The notes beneath the pieces are model-generated. The model had not been told where the DNA came from, did not search any database, and saw nothing but the letters and a program-made list of their open reading frames with translations. DNA of 64,000 bases, taken from Candidatus Dormiibacterota bacterium (GTDB taxonomy: Bacteria > Chloroflexota > Limnocylindria > Limnocylindrales > CSP1-4). The stretch is taken from positions 63,446 to 127,445 of the forward strand of contig DASQIK010000027.1 of NCBI GenBank assembly GCA_035631615.1, read 5' to 3'. The translations under genes and the position numbers were made by a program. Within the stretch, counting starts at the first letter, position 1, and each line of letters starts with the position of its first letter. Positions 55,413-64,000 of the stretch are shown here, piece after piece.

Positions 55413-56455
55413 GGCGTCGGTGCCGTCAGGGCCCACGCGATGCTCAGCCGATCGACGACCTCCCCCGGCGTGGGCACCATGCCGCCGGTGCGGCCGTGGA
55501 AGAACACCGGGGCCGTGTCCACGGCCAGGCGCACGTCCTCGACCATCTGCCCGGCGGACAGCTCGAGCGCGACGATTGCGCGGGCTCGCCGTGCGGCGAT
55601 TGCAAGGGCTGCCGTCGGGAACGGCCACAGGCTGATCGGCCGGAACAACCCGGCTCGGAGGCCGGCGGCGCGCGCTCGCTCGATCGCGGTCCGGGCGACC
55701 CGGGCCGCCGTGCCGTAGGCGACGACCACGATCTCTGCGTCGTCGAGCTGCTCGCCCGCCCACCGAGTCTCGCGCTCCGTGATCGCCGCGAACTTGGCCT
55801 GCAGGTGGCGGTTGTGGGCCTCGAGGTCCTCGGGCAGCAGGTGGAGCGAGCGCACCACCCTCGGGGAGCGGCCGTCCGCTCCCGTGAGCTCCCACGCCGA
55901 GGCATCCCAGGCGGGTGTTCGGAACGCCGGCACGACCGGCTCCATCGCCTGGCCCATGATCCCGTCCGCGAGGAGGATGACCGGGGTCCGGTAGCGTGCG
56001 GCGATCTCGAACCCGTCGGCAACGAGTGCGACCGCCTCGGCGATGGAAGCCGGCGCCAGCACCGGCACCCGGTAGTCCCCGTGGCCGTGGCCCTTGGTCG
56101 CCTGGAAGTAATCGGACTGCGATGGGCCGATGCTGCCGAGGCCGGGACCACCACGCATCACGTTGATGAGGAGCATCGGCAGCTCCGAGCCGGACATGTA
56201 GCTCATCGCCTCGGCCATGAGGCTCATGCCGGGACTCGAGGTGGACACGAGGACGCGCGCTCCGGTGGCCGCCGCGCCCAGGGCCATGTTGATCGCCCCG
56301 ATCTCGCTCTCGGCCTGGATGAAGACCCGGCCGAGCTCGGGCATCCGCCGGGCGAGGCGCTCGAGCAGCTCGGCCTGGGGGGTGATCGGATAGCCGAAGT
56401 AGGCGTCACAGCCGGCCTCGATGGCGGCGTCGGCCATCGCCTCGTTGCCCTTCAT
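55409..56455 (-). CDS. 2-oxoacid:ferredoxin oxidoreductase alpha subunit
   Basis: 'MKGNEAMADAAIEAGCDAYFGYPITPQAEL' is the canonical KorA/PorA N-terminus. The internal Met was chosen over the ORF-finder extension. Confidence 0.8.
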   Translation of the reverse strand: MKGNEAMADAAIEAGCDAYFGYPITPQAELLERLARRMPELGRVFIQAESEIGAINMALGAAATGARVLVSTSSPGMSLMAEAMSYMSGSELPMLLINVMRGGPGLGSIGPSQSDYFQATKGHGHGDYRVPVLAPASIAEAVALVADGFEIAARYRTPVILLADGIMGQAMEPVVPAFRTPAWDASAWELTGADGRSPRVVRSLHLLPEDLEAHNRHLQAKFAAITERETRWAGEQLDDAEIVVVAYGTAARVARTAIERARAAGLRAGLFRPISLWPFPTAALAIAARRARAIVALELSAGQMVEDVRLAVDTAPVFFHGRTGGMVPTPGEVVDRLSIAWALTAPTP

Positions 56456-56508
56456 CAGCTGCGGCCTGGGCGCGGCCGCGGGGCGCTCGACAGTCACCCT
56501 CGGGACGC

Positions 56509-56784
56509 TCATCCGACGATCCTCGCTCGCGCGTAGACCGTGAAGACGGCGTCGGGACAGACCCGCGCGCAGAGCGCGCAGCTCGTGCACGCCGCGGCGT
56601 CGGTGAGGCGGATCGGATGATGGCCAAGGGCGTTCACGGCACCGGTGGAGAGCTCGAGCACGTGCTTCGGGCAGGCGGCGACGCAGAGCTCGCAGCCCTT
56701 GCAACGGTCGCGCGCGATGTCGAGTGGTTGAAATGACGGTGCCGCTCTGGCGCCGGTGCGACTCGGCTGGACGCCGATGGTCAT
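56509..56784 (-). CDS. 4Fe-4S dicluster ferredoxin (oxidoreductase delta subunit)
   Basis: Two CxxCxxCxxxCP motifs: 'CKGCELCVAACP' and 'CTSCALCARVCP'. Confidence 0.7.
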   Translation of the reverse strand: MTIGVQPSRTGARAAPSFQPLDIARDRCKGCELCVAACPKHVLELSTGAVNALGHHPIRLTDAAACTSCALCARVCPDAVFTVYARARIVG

Positions 56785-56995
56785 CGACCACCTCCGACAC
56801 CCACGCTATGTCCCGATCGACACGGTCACGAGTGCCGAACGGCGCTCCCGGGCAGGCCGTTCGGCTGCCACGAGGCGGCTGCGCCGGTTCGGGACCGGAG
56901 GCCTGCGCGCCGGGTGCCGATGGCACTTCCGGGATCCGCGCGCCTGCGGTTGCATGAGGTCGTCGATTCGTGCACACGTCCTGGAGGTCCCTCTC

Positions 56996-57178
56996 ATGAA
57001 GCGAACCCTCACGATCCTGTTTGCCATCCTTGCCGCGATCACCGTCACCGGCGTCTTCGTCCAGCTCGCGAAGTCGGGGCCGATCCCGGCGAACGTCCGC
57101 GATCTCGACTGGCGCCGAATCGTCAAGTCCCGGATCGCCGATCCCGTCGGTGCGATCGCGGAGGAGCTGCCGGCGTGA
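56996..57178 (+). CDS. small single-TM membrane protein (paralog of 42447..42641)
   Basis: RBS GGAGG sits 8 nt upstream of the ATG. 60 aa: 'MKRTLTILFAILAAITVTGVFVQLAKSG...'. Confidence 0.4.
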   Translation: MKRTLTILFAILAAITVTGVFVQLAKSGPIPANVRDLDWRRIVKSRIADPVGAIAEELPA

Positions 57179-57582
57179 TCGCGCGACTGCTCGTCGTGGG
57201 TTTGCTGCTCGGCCATGGGCTCATCCACGCCGCGTACCTCGCGCCGCACCCGCCGGTCACTGCGGGCGGCCCAGCGTGGCCGTTCCAGCTCGGCCACTCG
57301 TGGCTCCTCGGCTCGCTCGGCATGCCGGCCGAGACCAACCGGGTCATCGGGCTGGGCCTGGTGACCCTGACGATCGCGGGCTTCGGGCTCGCCGCGGTTG
57401 CCGCGCTCGGCATTGCGCCGGCGGCACTGTGGGCTCCGGCCATCGCCGTCGGCGCCGCTGCGTCGCTCGGGTTGCTGGTGGTCTTCTTCCACCCCTGGCT
57501 CGCGCTCGGTGTCGCCATCGATATCGCGCTGCTCTGGGTCGCGCTCATCATCGGGTGGACGCCAGGGCAGCTCCCGCGATAG
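57175..57582 (+). CDS. hypothetical membrane protein (4 TM)
   Basis: GTG start overlaps the upstream stop (GTGA); 135 aa and strongly hydrophobic. Confidence 0.4.
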   Translation: MIARLLVVGLLLGHGLIHAAYLAPHPPVTAGGPAWPFQLGHSWLLGSLGMPAETNRVIGLGLVTLTIAGFGLAAVAALGIAPAALWAPAIAVGAAASLGLLVVFFHPWLALGVAIDIALLWVALIIGWTPGQLPR

Positions 57583-57658
57583 GCCGCACGCGCACCCGGA
57601 ATCCTCGGGCGCCGCCTCTTCGGCGGCGCCCAAGGGGCAGCCAGCGAGGCCGGCCCGC

Positions 57659-58261
57659 TCAGGCAGGCGGGCCCCCTGGTCCTGCCGGGCGGTGCGCGGT
57701 GGGGCGCGGTGGAGCGAGGATCGCGCGCGCCATCACGAGCGCGCCGATGACGATCAGCACGGCAGGCCACCAGCTGCCGAGATCCGTGGGCCGTGGCTCG
57801 CCTGCAAACACGCCCTCGAAGAACCAGAGGCCGGCTGCGAACAGGCTGGCCGCGGCGGCGCCCAACCAGAGGCCGCTCCGGACGAGGCCCGCGGCGTGCG
57901 CAAGGCGGCCGTAGACCACCAGCGCAAGGCCGGCGGCCAGCGGAAGCAGCGCCCAGGCGTACGCCCAGCTCTCCCAGTGGGCCGTCTGCGACTGGTACAG
58001 CAGCAGGCCGCCGACGGTCGTGACAACCGCGCCGGCGATCGCGAAGCCGATCCCGCGCGGCGGCGCAGGCACGAGCGACGCGCCGAGCAGGACGACGCCG
58101 GGCACGATCACGAGGAACGGCCACCAGCCGGACCCCATGGCCTCGAACACGCTGGAGCCGGCGATCTCGCGCAGGACGAGCGCGATGGCGCCGACGGCGA
58201 TCAGGAGCACGCCGATCACGGCGCCCGCCGTCGACGGGCGCCCTCCGATGGATTGCTGCAT
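57659..58261 (-). CDS. hypothetical membrane protein
   Basis: 200 aa with six predicted TM helices; Trp-rich 'WWPFLVIVPGV' and 'WWPAVLIVIGALV'. Confidence 0.45.
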   Translation of the reverse strand: MQQSIGGRPSTAGAVIGVLLIAVGAIALVLREIAGSSVFEAMGSGWWPFLVIVPGVVLLGASLVPAPPRGIGFAIAGAVVTTVGGLLLYQSQTAHWESWAYAWALLPLAAGLALVVYGRLAHAAGLVRSGLWLGAAAASLFAAGLWFFEGVFAGEPRPTDLGSWWPAVLIVIGALVMARAILAPPRPTAHRPAGPGGPPA

Positions 58262-58374
58262 GGGCGGATCCTCCGTGCGTGGGCATCAGTGCCCGGCCCA
58301 ATGACACGCCCATCAGCCGGCTCGGAGAAGTGCCATGCGCCCCGATCCCCTCGGGCCGGGCGTCGCCACCGGTG

Positions 58375-60081
58375 CTAGCGGATGCCGGCGAGCTCCTGGA
58401 GACCGCGCCAGTTCGCGAGCCGATCCTCGCGAGTCGCGAGGATCTCCGGTGACGGAGGCCCGTCGGCCGGGAAGTGGCCGCCGAAGCGACCTTCGGAGCG
58501 GGCGAAGTCGAGGAAGTCGATCGCCAGCCCGTCCGGTGTCGCCGCCCAGTCCTCCCGGAGCGCGGGATTGCCCTGGAGTGACAGCCGCTCGGCGTACGAC
58601 TCCCCACGGCGTGGGTCATAGGTGAACAACGGGTATGCCCTCGACTCGACCGCGAGCTTCGCCTGCCGGCTGGCGGCGTCATCGGCGATGCCGTGCTCAG
58701 GCATGCACGCGGCGTACACGATCACGACGGCCGGCCCGGGATAGCTGTTGGCCTCGAGGATCGCTCGGTAGAAGTGGTTCAGGTGGGCGGGTGTCGTCTG
58801 TGCCACGTAGACCTCGCCGTGGGCGAGCAGGATCCGGCCCAGCTCCTTGCGCCGCTCCGGGCGGCCGTGGACCACCTTGCCGAACGCCGACATCTTCGTG
58901 ACCTGGCCACCGAACGTTGCCGTCGACGCCTGCCCACCGGTGTTCGAGTAGACCTGTGTGTCCAGCACGAGCACCTTGACGTCGGCGCCCGAGGCGACCA
59001 TCCGGGACAGCGACTGGAAGCCGATGTCGTACATCGCGCCGTCACCGCCGACGACCCACAGCCGCCGGTCCTGGTGGCCGGCAGCGTCCCATCGCGCCCG
59101 GACGCCCAGCGCGACCGCCGGGGCGTTCTCGAACAGGGAGTTCGTCCACGGCACGCGGTATGGGTTGAACGGGTAGGTGCTGCCGAAGACGGTGTTGCAG
59201 CCGGTGGCGGCCACGATGCCCATCGATTCCGGGCCATGGACCTGGCGGGTCGCCGCGACGAGCATCCGGATCGCCGTCGCCTCGCCGCAGCCCGCGCAGG
59301 AGCCGGCACCGCCGACGTAGCCGATGGCGTCCTCGCCCAGCATCAGGTCCGCGAGCGCCTTCTCGTTGCGGTACTCGGGCGGGGTGACGGGCAGGGACCG
59401 GAAGAACGCGATGTCGCGCCGGAACCGCTCGAGCGTTGCCTCACCGGCGATCGGGGCGGCTCCCGCGGCCGTGGCGGGGACGGCCGGGTTGCCCTCCACG
59501 GCGACCTTCTCGCGCATGAACAGCGCGTCGTGCCCGAGCGCCGTGCAGACCTCGACGCACTCGCCGCAGCCCTTGCAGTGGGCAGGATCGACGAAGATGC
59601 CGAACATCCCGCGATCCAGGCCGCGCCGGGCGGGCACCTCGCCGTACTTCTGCGTGTCGACGAAGTGCGATCGCGCCGTCACCGCCGCGAGCGCCGGCTG
59701 GTCGGCGGCGGCCGCGAATGCCTCGATGCGCTCGTCGAGCTGCGGCGCCGGCACGACCGTACCGAGGATCGCCGTGTCGGGACAGGCGTTGACGCAGGCC
59801 ATGCACCCGACGCAGCGCTCCGCGAGCAGCTCGGGGATGCGCGGCGCGAGGTGGCTGAAGTCGCGCGCGGCCGCCGTCGCCGGCGGGATCACGCTCCGCG
59901 CCAGCCCGATGTCGGCGGGCAGCTCCCGGTCGGCGATTCCCCGCCGGTACGCCGGAACCACGGATCGCCCGAACTCCTCGACGTAGAGGTCCATGTCGAG
60001 CAGTGGCGGGGCGACGGTCATGAGGCCGACCTCGTGGCCCTCCTTGAGCTCACCCGGGACCTTGTTCAGCAGGTCGGTCAT
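58375..60081 (-). CDS. pyruvate/2-oxoacid:ferredoxin oxidoreductase, C-terminal half (ferredoxin domain plus TPP-binding domain VI)
   Basis: 2x[4Fe-4S] 'CVGCMACVNACP' and 'CKGCGECVEVC', then 'GCNTVFGSTYPFNPYRVPW' and 'WVVGGDGAMYDIGFQSLSRMVASGADVKVLVLDTQVYSNTGGQ' (PFOR domain VI TPP motif). Start at internal Met 'MTDLLNKV'. Confidence 0.8.
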   Translation of the reverse strand: MTDLLNKVPGELKEGHEVGLMTVAPPLLDMDLYVEEFGRSVVPAYRRGIADRELPADIGLARSVIPPATAAARDFSHLAPRIPELLAERCVGCMACVNACPDTAILGTVVPAPQLDERIEAFAAAADQPALAAVTARSHFVDTQKYGEVPARRGLDRGMFGIFVDPAHCKGCGECVEVCTALGHDALFMREKVAVEGNPAVPATAAGAAPIAGEATLERFRRDIAFFRSLPVTPPEYRNEKALADLMLGEDAIGYVGGAGSCAGCGEATAIRMLVAATRQVHGPESMGIVAATGCNTVFGSTYPFNPYRVPWTNSLFENAPAVALGVRARWDAAGHQDRRLWVVGGDGAMYDIGFQSLSRMVASGADVKVLVLDTQVYSNTGGQASTATFGGQVTKMSAFGKVVHGRPERRKELGRILLAHGEVYVAQTTPAHLNHFYRAILEANSYPGPAVVIVYAACMPEHGIADDAASRQAKLAVESRAYPLFTYDPRRGESYAERLSLQGNPALREDWAATPDGLAIDFLDFARSEGRFGGHFPADGPPSPEILATREDRLANWRGLQELAGIR

Positions 60082-60533
60082 GCGCGTGGCTCCCGGAGCC
60101 GCTCGGCGGTCTCCTCGGCGAGGGCGTGGACCAGGTCGGTCGTCGACAGGACGCCGATCGGGGTCGCCTCGTCGCCGTCCTCGACGACGATCAGGCGGTG
60201 GATCTGGAGGCGCGCCATCTTGCGTGCGGCGATGATCAGCGGCGTCGATCGGTGGACGGTCTGCGCCGGGCTCGTCATCAGGTGCCGAACGGCCAGGCCC
60301 GGCCAGTTCGACCACAGGTACTCGGTGCTCCGGGCCCGGTTGAGGTCGGTCTGGGACAGGACGCCGACGAGGGCGCCGCTCGCGTCGACGACCGGCAGTC
60401 CATGGACGCGGTGGCGGTCCATCAGCGCCGCCGCGTCGCTCAGCGAAGCATCCGCGCGGATGAGGACGGGGTCTCCGTGCATGCGGTCGGCGACGACCGC
60501 GCCGGTGATCGCATCGTGGTTGGCCAGGTTCAT
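60078..60533 (-). CDS. CBS domain pair protein
   Basis: Two CBS repeats: 'VLIRADASLSDAAALMDRHRVHGLPVVDASGALVGVLSQTDL' and 'HRSTPLIIAARKMARLQIHRLIVVEDGDEATPIGVLSTTDL'. Its stop overlaps the PFOR C-half ATG (ATGA), and the upstream PFOR N-half stop overlaps its own start region. Confidence 0.65.
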   Translation of the reverse strand: MNLANHDAITGAVVADRMHGDPVLIRADASLSDAAALMDRHRVHGLPVVDASGALVGVLSQTDLNRARSTEYLWSNWPGLAVRHLMTSPAQTVHRSTPLIIAARKMARLQIHRLIVVEDGDEATPIGVLSTTDLVHALAEETAERLREPRA

Positions 60534-62473
60534 GCGAGGACTCCCTCGGCCGCGGGCGCAGGAGCCGGAACGGGGCTCCCGATGGCGGCGGTGACGTCGA
60601 TCAGGCCGTCCCACGCCTCGGCGATGACGGCGAGGTTCGCGGCGATCACGCTCGAGCCACGCTTGCCGAAGAATCGGCCGAGGCGGTCACCGACGGCCTC
60701 GAGGACCTGGCCGCGGTCCATGCCTGCGCGCGCGGCGAATGGCGCGACCCGCAGGAACACGCCGACGAGCGCGACGCCCTGCATCCGCAGCTGGAGATCG
60801 GGCCTCGGCGCGTGACGGAGCGCGACCGCGGCCGTATCCAGCGCCGTGACGCGGATCCGTCGGGCGTCCACCTCGGCGCGCGCAGCGGCCGGCATCGATG
60901 CCCAGATCCCCTCGGCCGTCGGCAGCGGCGACTGGATGAACAGGTCGCCGCCGTCCACGAGGCCCGCGAGGGGGTCGCCAAGGTCGAACGCGGACACATC
61001 GTGCAGCGGCACGAAGTCGACCCGGTCGAGCTCGGCGTGGACGCGGATCGGGGCGTCGGCGATGGTCAGGTAGTAGGTCGTCGGCAGGCCCTTCTTCTCG
61101 GAGCCATAGCGCGGATACGCCTGCACCTGCTTGTGGAAGACCTCGCCGACGAGGGTCGCGACGAGCTTGTTCGTGGTGACGCTGCCGAAGCCGCCGATCG
61201 AATGGCCGCGCAGCGAGTAGGCGCCCGGCGGCCGCACGTCGAGCGGCGTCGCGGACAGCGCCAGCGGGTGGCGGATCCCGAGCACGCGCACCGGCCCGGT
61301 CGGCTCGGCACGATCGGCGAGCTCGTCGAACACCGCGACGAGGTCGCCCGCGCCGACGTCGCGCGAGCCCAGGCCCGCGACGAAGGATCTGACCCTGGGC
61401 ACCATCTCACCCTCGGCCGCGGCGTCGTACAGGGCCGCGCGGATCTCGCGGGTGAGCGGGTTGGCGCTCGCGAGCGGCTCGTCGGTCCGCTCGACGACGC
61501 CGACCGCCCGCGCATTTCGCAGTGCATCGAGCACAGCGCGGGAGGGGAACGGTCGGAAGGCCGTGAGACCCACGCAGCCCACCGGCCGACCCAGGGCTCG
61601 GAGATGATCGACGACCGCGATCGCCGTGTCGGCGATCGTGCCCATCGCGACGAGGATCTCGCGGGCGTCCTCGGTGCGATAGGTCGCGACCGGGGTGATC
61701 GGGCGGCCCGTCAGCGAGGTCCACTCCTCCATGGCCTCGCCGAGGGCGCCCGGGATCCGATCGCTGTAGGCCCGCTGGCCGATGCGACCCTTCATGTAGC
61801 TGTCCTGGTTCTGGACGACGCCGGTCATCAGCGCCTCGGCCGGGTCGAACAGGTCGCGGACATGCGCGCGGGGGTCGCCCACGAACTCGCGGAGCAGCTC
61901 GTCCTCCGGGAGGAGCACGTTCTCGAGCGTGTGCGTCGTGAGGAATCCGTCCTGGGCGACCATGAACGGCGTCTCCGTCGCCTCCGCAACCCGGCGGGCG
62001 ATGGCGGCGAGATCGGCGGCCTCCTGGGCGTTGCGTGCGAACAGGATTCCCCAGCCGCAGTCGGCGACGGCCATCACGTCGTCGTGGCCGGCGTGGATGT
62101 TGAGCGCCTGGCTGGTGAGCGCCCGGGCGCCGACGTGAAACACCGCCGGCAGGCGCTTGCCGCTGATGACGTACAGGACTTCCTTCATCAGTACGAGGCC
62201 CTGGCCCGCGGTGAAGTTCGTGACCCGCGCGCCCGCGAGTGCCGCGCCCTCGGCCGCCGAGGCGGACGAATGCTCGGACTCAGGCTCGATGAACCGGAGG
62301 GGCGTTCCCCACAGGTCCGTCCGGCCGTCGGCGACTGCCGCCTGGTAGATCGCGGCCATCGTCGTGGACGGCGTGATCGGGTAGACACAGGCGACCTCGG
62401 CGAGCCGCGATTCCACGTGGGCGACGGCCTCCGAGCCATCGACGATCGCGGGGATGCCGGGGAACCGGGTCAT
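60530..62473 (-). CDS. pyruvate/2-oxoacid:ferredoxin oxidoreductase, N-terminal half (domains I-III)
   Basis: 'IVDGSEAVAHVESRLAEVACVYPITPSTTMA' (domain I), through to 'RGHSIGGFGSVTTNKLVATLVGEVF...' (domain III gamma-like). Start at internal Met 'MTRFPGIP'. Confidence 0.8.
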   Translation of the reverse strand: MTRFPGIPAIVDGSEAVAHVESRLAEVACVYPITPSTTMAAIYQAAVADGRTDLWGTPLRFIEPESEHSSASAAEGAALAGARVTNFTAGQGLVLMKEVLYVISGKRLPAVFHVGARALTSQALNIHAGHDDVMAVADCGWGILFARNAQEAADLAAIARRVAEATETPFMVAQDGFLTTHTLENVLLPEDELLREFVGDPRAHVRDLFDPAEALMTGVVQNQDSYMKGRIGQRAYSDRIPGALGEAMEEWTSLTGRPITPVATYRTEDAREILVAMGTIADTAIAVVDHLRALGRPVGCVGLTAFRPFPSRAVLDALRNARAVGVVERTDEPLASANPLTREIRAALYDAAAEGEMVPRVRSFVAGLGSRDVGAGDLVAVFDELADRAEPTGPVRVLGIRHPLALSATPLDVRPPGAYSLRGHSIGGFGSVTTNKLVATLVGEVFHKQVQAYPRYGSEKKGLPTTYYLTIADAPIRVHAELDRVDFVPLHDVSAFDLGDPLAGLVDGGDLFIQSPLPTAEGIWASMPAAARAEVDARRIRVTALDTAAVALRHAPRPDLQLRMQGVALVGVFLRVAPFAARAGMDRGQVLEAVGDRLGRFFGKRGSSVIAANLAVIAEAWDGLIDVTAAIGSPVPAPAPAAEGVLA

Positions 62474-62976
62474 GATCGTGCTCCCATCGAGGCCGGCTGG
62501 GCGAGGTCGCGGATCGCGCCCTCGATCGTCTGCTCGAATGCAGCCATCCCGGCGCGCAGCGCCCGCGACCGCATCGAGCCATAGCCGAACCACTTGCCGC
62601 CGATCCCGACCAGGCGGCCCCGCGGCACCTGGCCGCGAATCGCCTCGGTGATCCCGAGGACCTGGGCGATCGGCAGCGCATGGGACGAGCGCGGAGCTGC
62701 CGCCTCCATGCGGGTCAGCTCGTCCAGCGAGATCTCGACGATCGAACCGGGCTCGACCCCGATGACCGTGTCGAGCACGAGGCACGCCTCGCCGTCGGCC
62801 ACGTCGATGAGGTCTGATGCATCGAGCTGGACGCAGCGTCGGACCTCGACGCGCTGGCGCAGGTCCGGCTCGAGGCGCGGCAGGACGTGGGCCACCGCAT
62901 TCAGCGCCGCACCATCGTCGCCGCGCTCGGCGCTGCCGCAGACGAGCACCCGAACCGTCGGCGCGGCGAGGGTCAT
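62470..62976 (-). CDS. hydrogenase maturation protease (HybD/HycI/HoxW-like) candidate
   Basis: 'VRVLVCGSAERGDDGAALNAVAHVL' resembles the endopeptidase N-terminus 'ILVLGxGNxLxxDDGxG'. It lies immediately after the large-subunit gene and overlaps the PFOR N-half start. Confidence 0.55.
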   Translation of the reverse strand: MTLAAPTVRVLVCGSAERGDDGAALNAVAHVLPRLEPDLRQRVEVRRCVQLDASDLIDVADGEACLVLDTVIGVEPGSIVEISLDELTRMEAAAPRSSHALPIAQVLGITEAIRGQVPRGRLVGIGGKWFGYGSMRSRALRAGMAAFEQTIEGAIRDLAQPASMGARS

Positions 62977-64000
62977 GACGGCGCCTGCTGGATGGACAGG
63001 TCGAGGAAGTGGGTCGCGCACGAGATGCACGGGTCGTAGGCGCGGATCAATTGCTCGAGCTGGTGCGTGGCCGCGTCCATCGGGAGGTCGAGGACGCGCG
63101 GCGCGAACGCTGCGACGTCGGCCTCGATCGCCGCCTGGTTCTGGGAGGTCGGCGGCACGATCACCGCGGCCGCCACCTTGCCGTCGTCGCCGAGCTGGTA
63201 GCGGTGGAACAGCAGCCCTCGCGGCGCCTCGGTGGCCCACGCGGCGGTGCCGGGCCGCGCCTCCCACTCGACGGCCGGCCGATCCGGCGGCTCGTACGCG
63301 TCCACGATGTCGATCGCGTCGGCCGTCGCGTGCACGAGCTCGATGGCCCGCGCGACGATGCTCCGGTACGGATTGCGCCGGATCGATTCGAGTGCCCCGC
63401 TCGCCTGCAGCGCCTCCCGCGCCAGCGGGTGCAGCTGCTCCGCGTCAAGCACGATCCGCGCCGCCGGGCCGAGGAGATAGGGCAGGTCGTCGGCGCCGCG
63501 CGCCTGGAGGGCGTTGGACCACGGCACCTGGACCTCGTGGAACGCCTCGCCCCACGCCTGGGGCGCAAGATTGAGGCCGTCGTTCGAGACGATCCGGCCG
63601 TCGTTCATCGGGTACTCGCGAGGGTTGTGGAGCGCGACGAGCCGCGGCTCGCGCTCGAACGCAGGTGGGGTCAGCCCGAGGGCAATGTCGACGGTCGCCC
63701 GAGCGAGCCGGAGCGCCTCGTGGAGTGCCGGCTGGAGGGCGCTCAGCTGCGCCTTTCGAGGCGCCCGCGACCAGCCGCCGACCCGCACGCTCACGGGGTG
63801 GATCGCGCGGCCGCCGAGGGTCGCGAGCAGGTGGTTGCCGATCTGCTTGAGCCGCAGTCCGTCGGCCACGAGCTGGCGATGGTCCTTCGCCATCTCGACC
63901 GCGCTCGGGTAGCCGAGGAAGTCCGGCGCGTGCAGCAGGTAGATGTGCAAAGCGTGGCTCTCGATCCACTCGGCGCAGTACATGAGTCGTCGCAGCGCGC
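62973..64000 (-). CDS. [NiFe]-hydrogenase large subunit, C-terminal portion (5' end beyond window)
   Basis: The C-terminal 'DPCISCATHFLDL' (DPCxxCxxH Ni-Fe ligand motif) and 'HALHIYLLHAPDFLGY' are present. The frame is open to the window edge. Confidence 0.8.
   Translation of the reverse strand, partial: ALRRLMYCAEWIESHALHIYLLHAPDFLGYPSAVEMAKDHRQLVADGLRLKQIGNHLLATLGGRAIHPVSVRVGGWSRAPRKAQLSALQPALHEALRLARATVDIALGLTPPAFEREPRLVALHNPREYPMNDGRIVSNDGLNLAPQAWGEAFHEVQVPWSNALQARGADDLPYLLGPAARIVLDAEQLHPLAREALQASGALESIRRNPYRSIVARAIELVHATADAIDIVDAYEPPDRPAVEWEARPGTAAWATEAPRGLLFHRYQLGDDGKVAAAVIVPPTSQNQAAIEADVAAFAPRVLDLPMDAATHQLEQLIRAYDPCISCATHFLDLSIQQAPS

Noticed and set aside
54627-55413. One-nucleotide discrepancy between printed-line indexing and ORF-table coordinates around 55410
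   Set aside because: It is probably my own column miscount on one printed line. Coordinates for the OFOR beta and alpha genes were taken from ORF-table arithmetic instead. It is not evidence of a frameshift.
1-64000. Mobile elements, CRISPR arrays, tRNA/rRNA genes
   Set aside because: No transposase, integrase or recombinase-like ORFs, no regularly spaced direct repeats, and no tRNA-like T-arm (GTTCGAATC-type) motifs were seen. The window appears to be core or accessory chromosome without obvious insertions.

Overview
This is a high-GC (~70%) bacterial chromosomal segment, densely coded on both strands, with no rRNA, tRNA, CRISPR array or obvious mobile element. Long antisense ORFs in the six-frame track are high-GC artefacts and were not reported. 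Many true starts are GTG or TTG, and many lie inside the ORF-finder calls. Gene content, left to right:
- 1..8 kb: glycoside hydrolase family 2 (GH2) beta-mannosidase-like enzyme, alpha/beta hydrolases, and the two-component flavin monooxygenase pair HpaB/HpaC.
- 8..31 kb: a large cell-envelope and glycan region. It holds an NAD-dependent epimerase, two paralogous secreted GH16-like proteins each preceded by a conserved c-di-GMP-I (GEMM)-like leader, a third secreted GH16 without that leader, and a secreted beta-helix protein. On the minus strand is a translationally coupled operon: putative GT-C membrane protein, membrane protein, Wzx-like flippase, phosphosulfolactate synthase (ComA), phosphosulfolactate phosphatase (ComB) and an ATP-grasp ligase. 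Next come an ATP-grasp/CapA pair, an amidohydrolase, two GT4 and two GT2 glycosyltransferases.
- 31..42 kb: class III adenylyl cyclase with a triple PAS-like repeat, DUF421, NUDIX, a winged-helix protein, OsmC, an MMPL transporter, a class III aminotransferase and a GT39-like transferase with a Gly-rich tail.
- 43..47 kb: a sulfide-detoxification/sulfur-relay operon (ArsR, DsrE, TusA, DsrE, TusA, SQR) on the minus strand.
- 47..57 kb: EamA transporter, an orphan hypC, P-type ATPase, Usp, malic enzyme, and a four-subunit 2-oxoacid:ferredoxin oxidoreductase.
- 57..64 kb: a split pyruvate:ferredoxin oxidoreductase with an inserted CBS-domain gene, immediately downstream of a hydrogenase maturation protease and the C-terminal part of a [NiFe]-hydrogenase large subunit, which runs off the window end.
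The two strongest candidates for undescribed biology are the riboswitch-controlled GH16-like paralogs and the comA/comB/ATP-grasp/flippase envelope operon.
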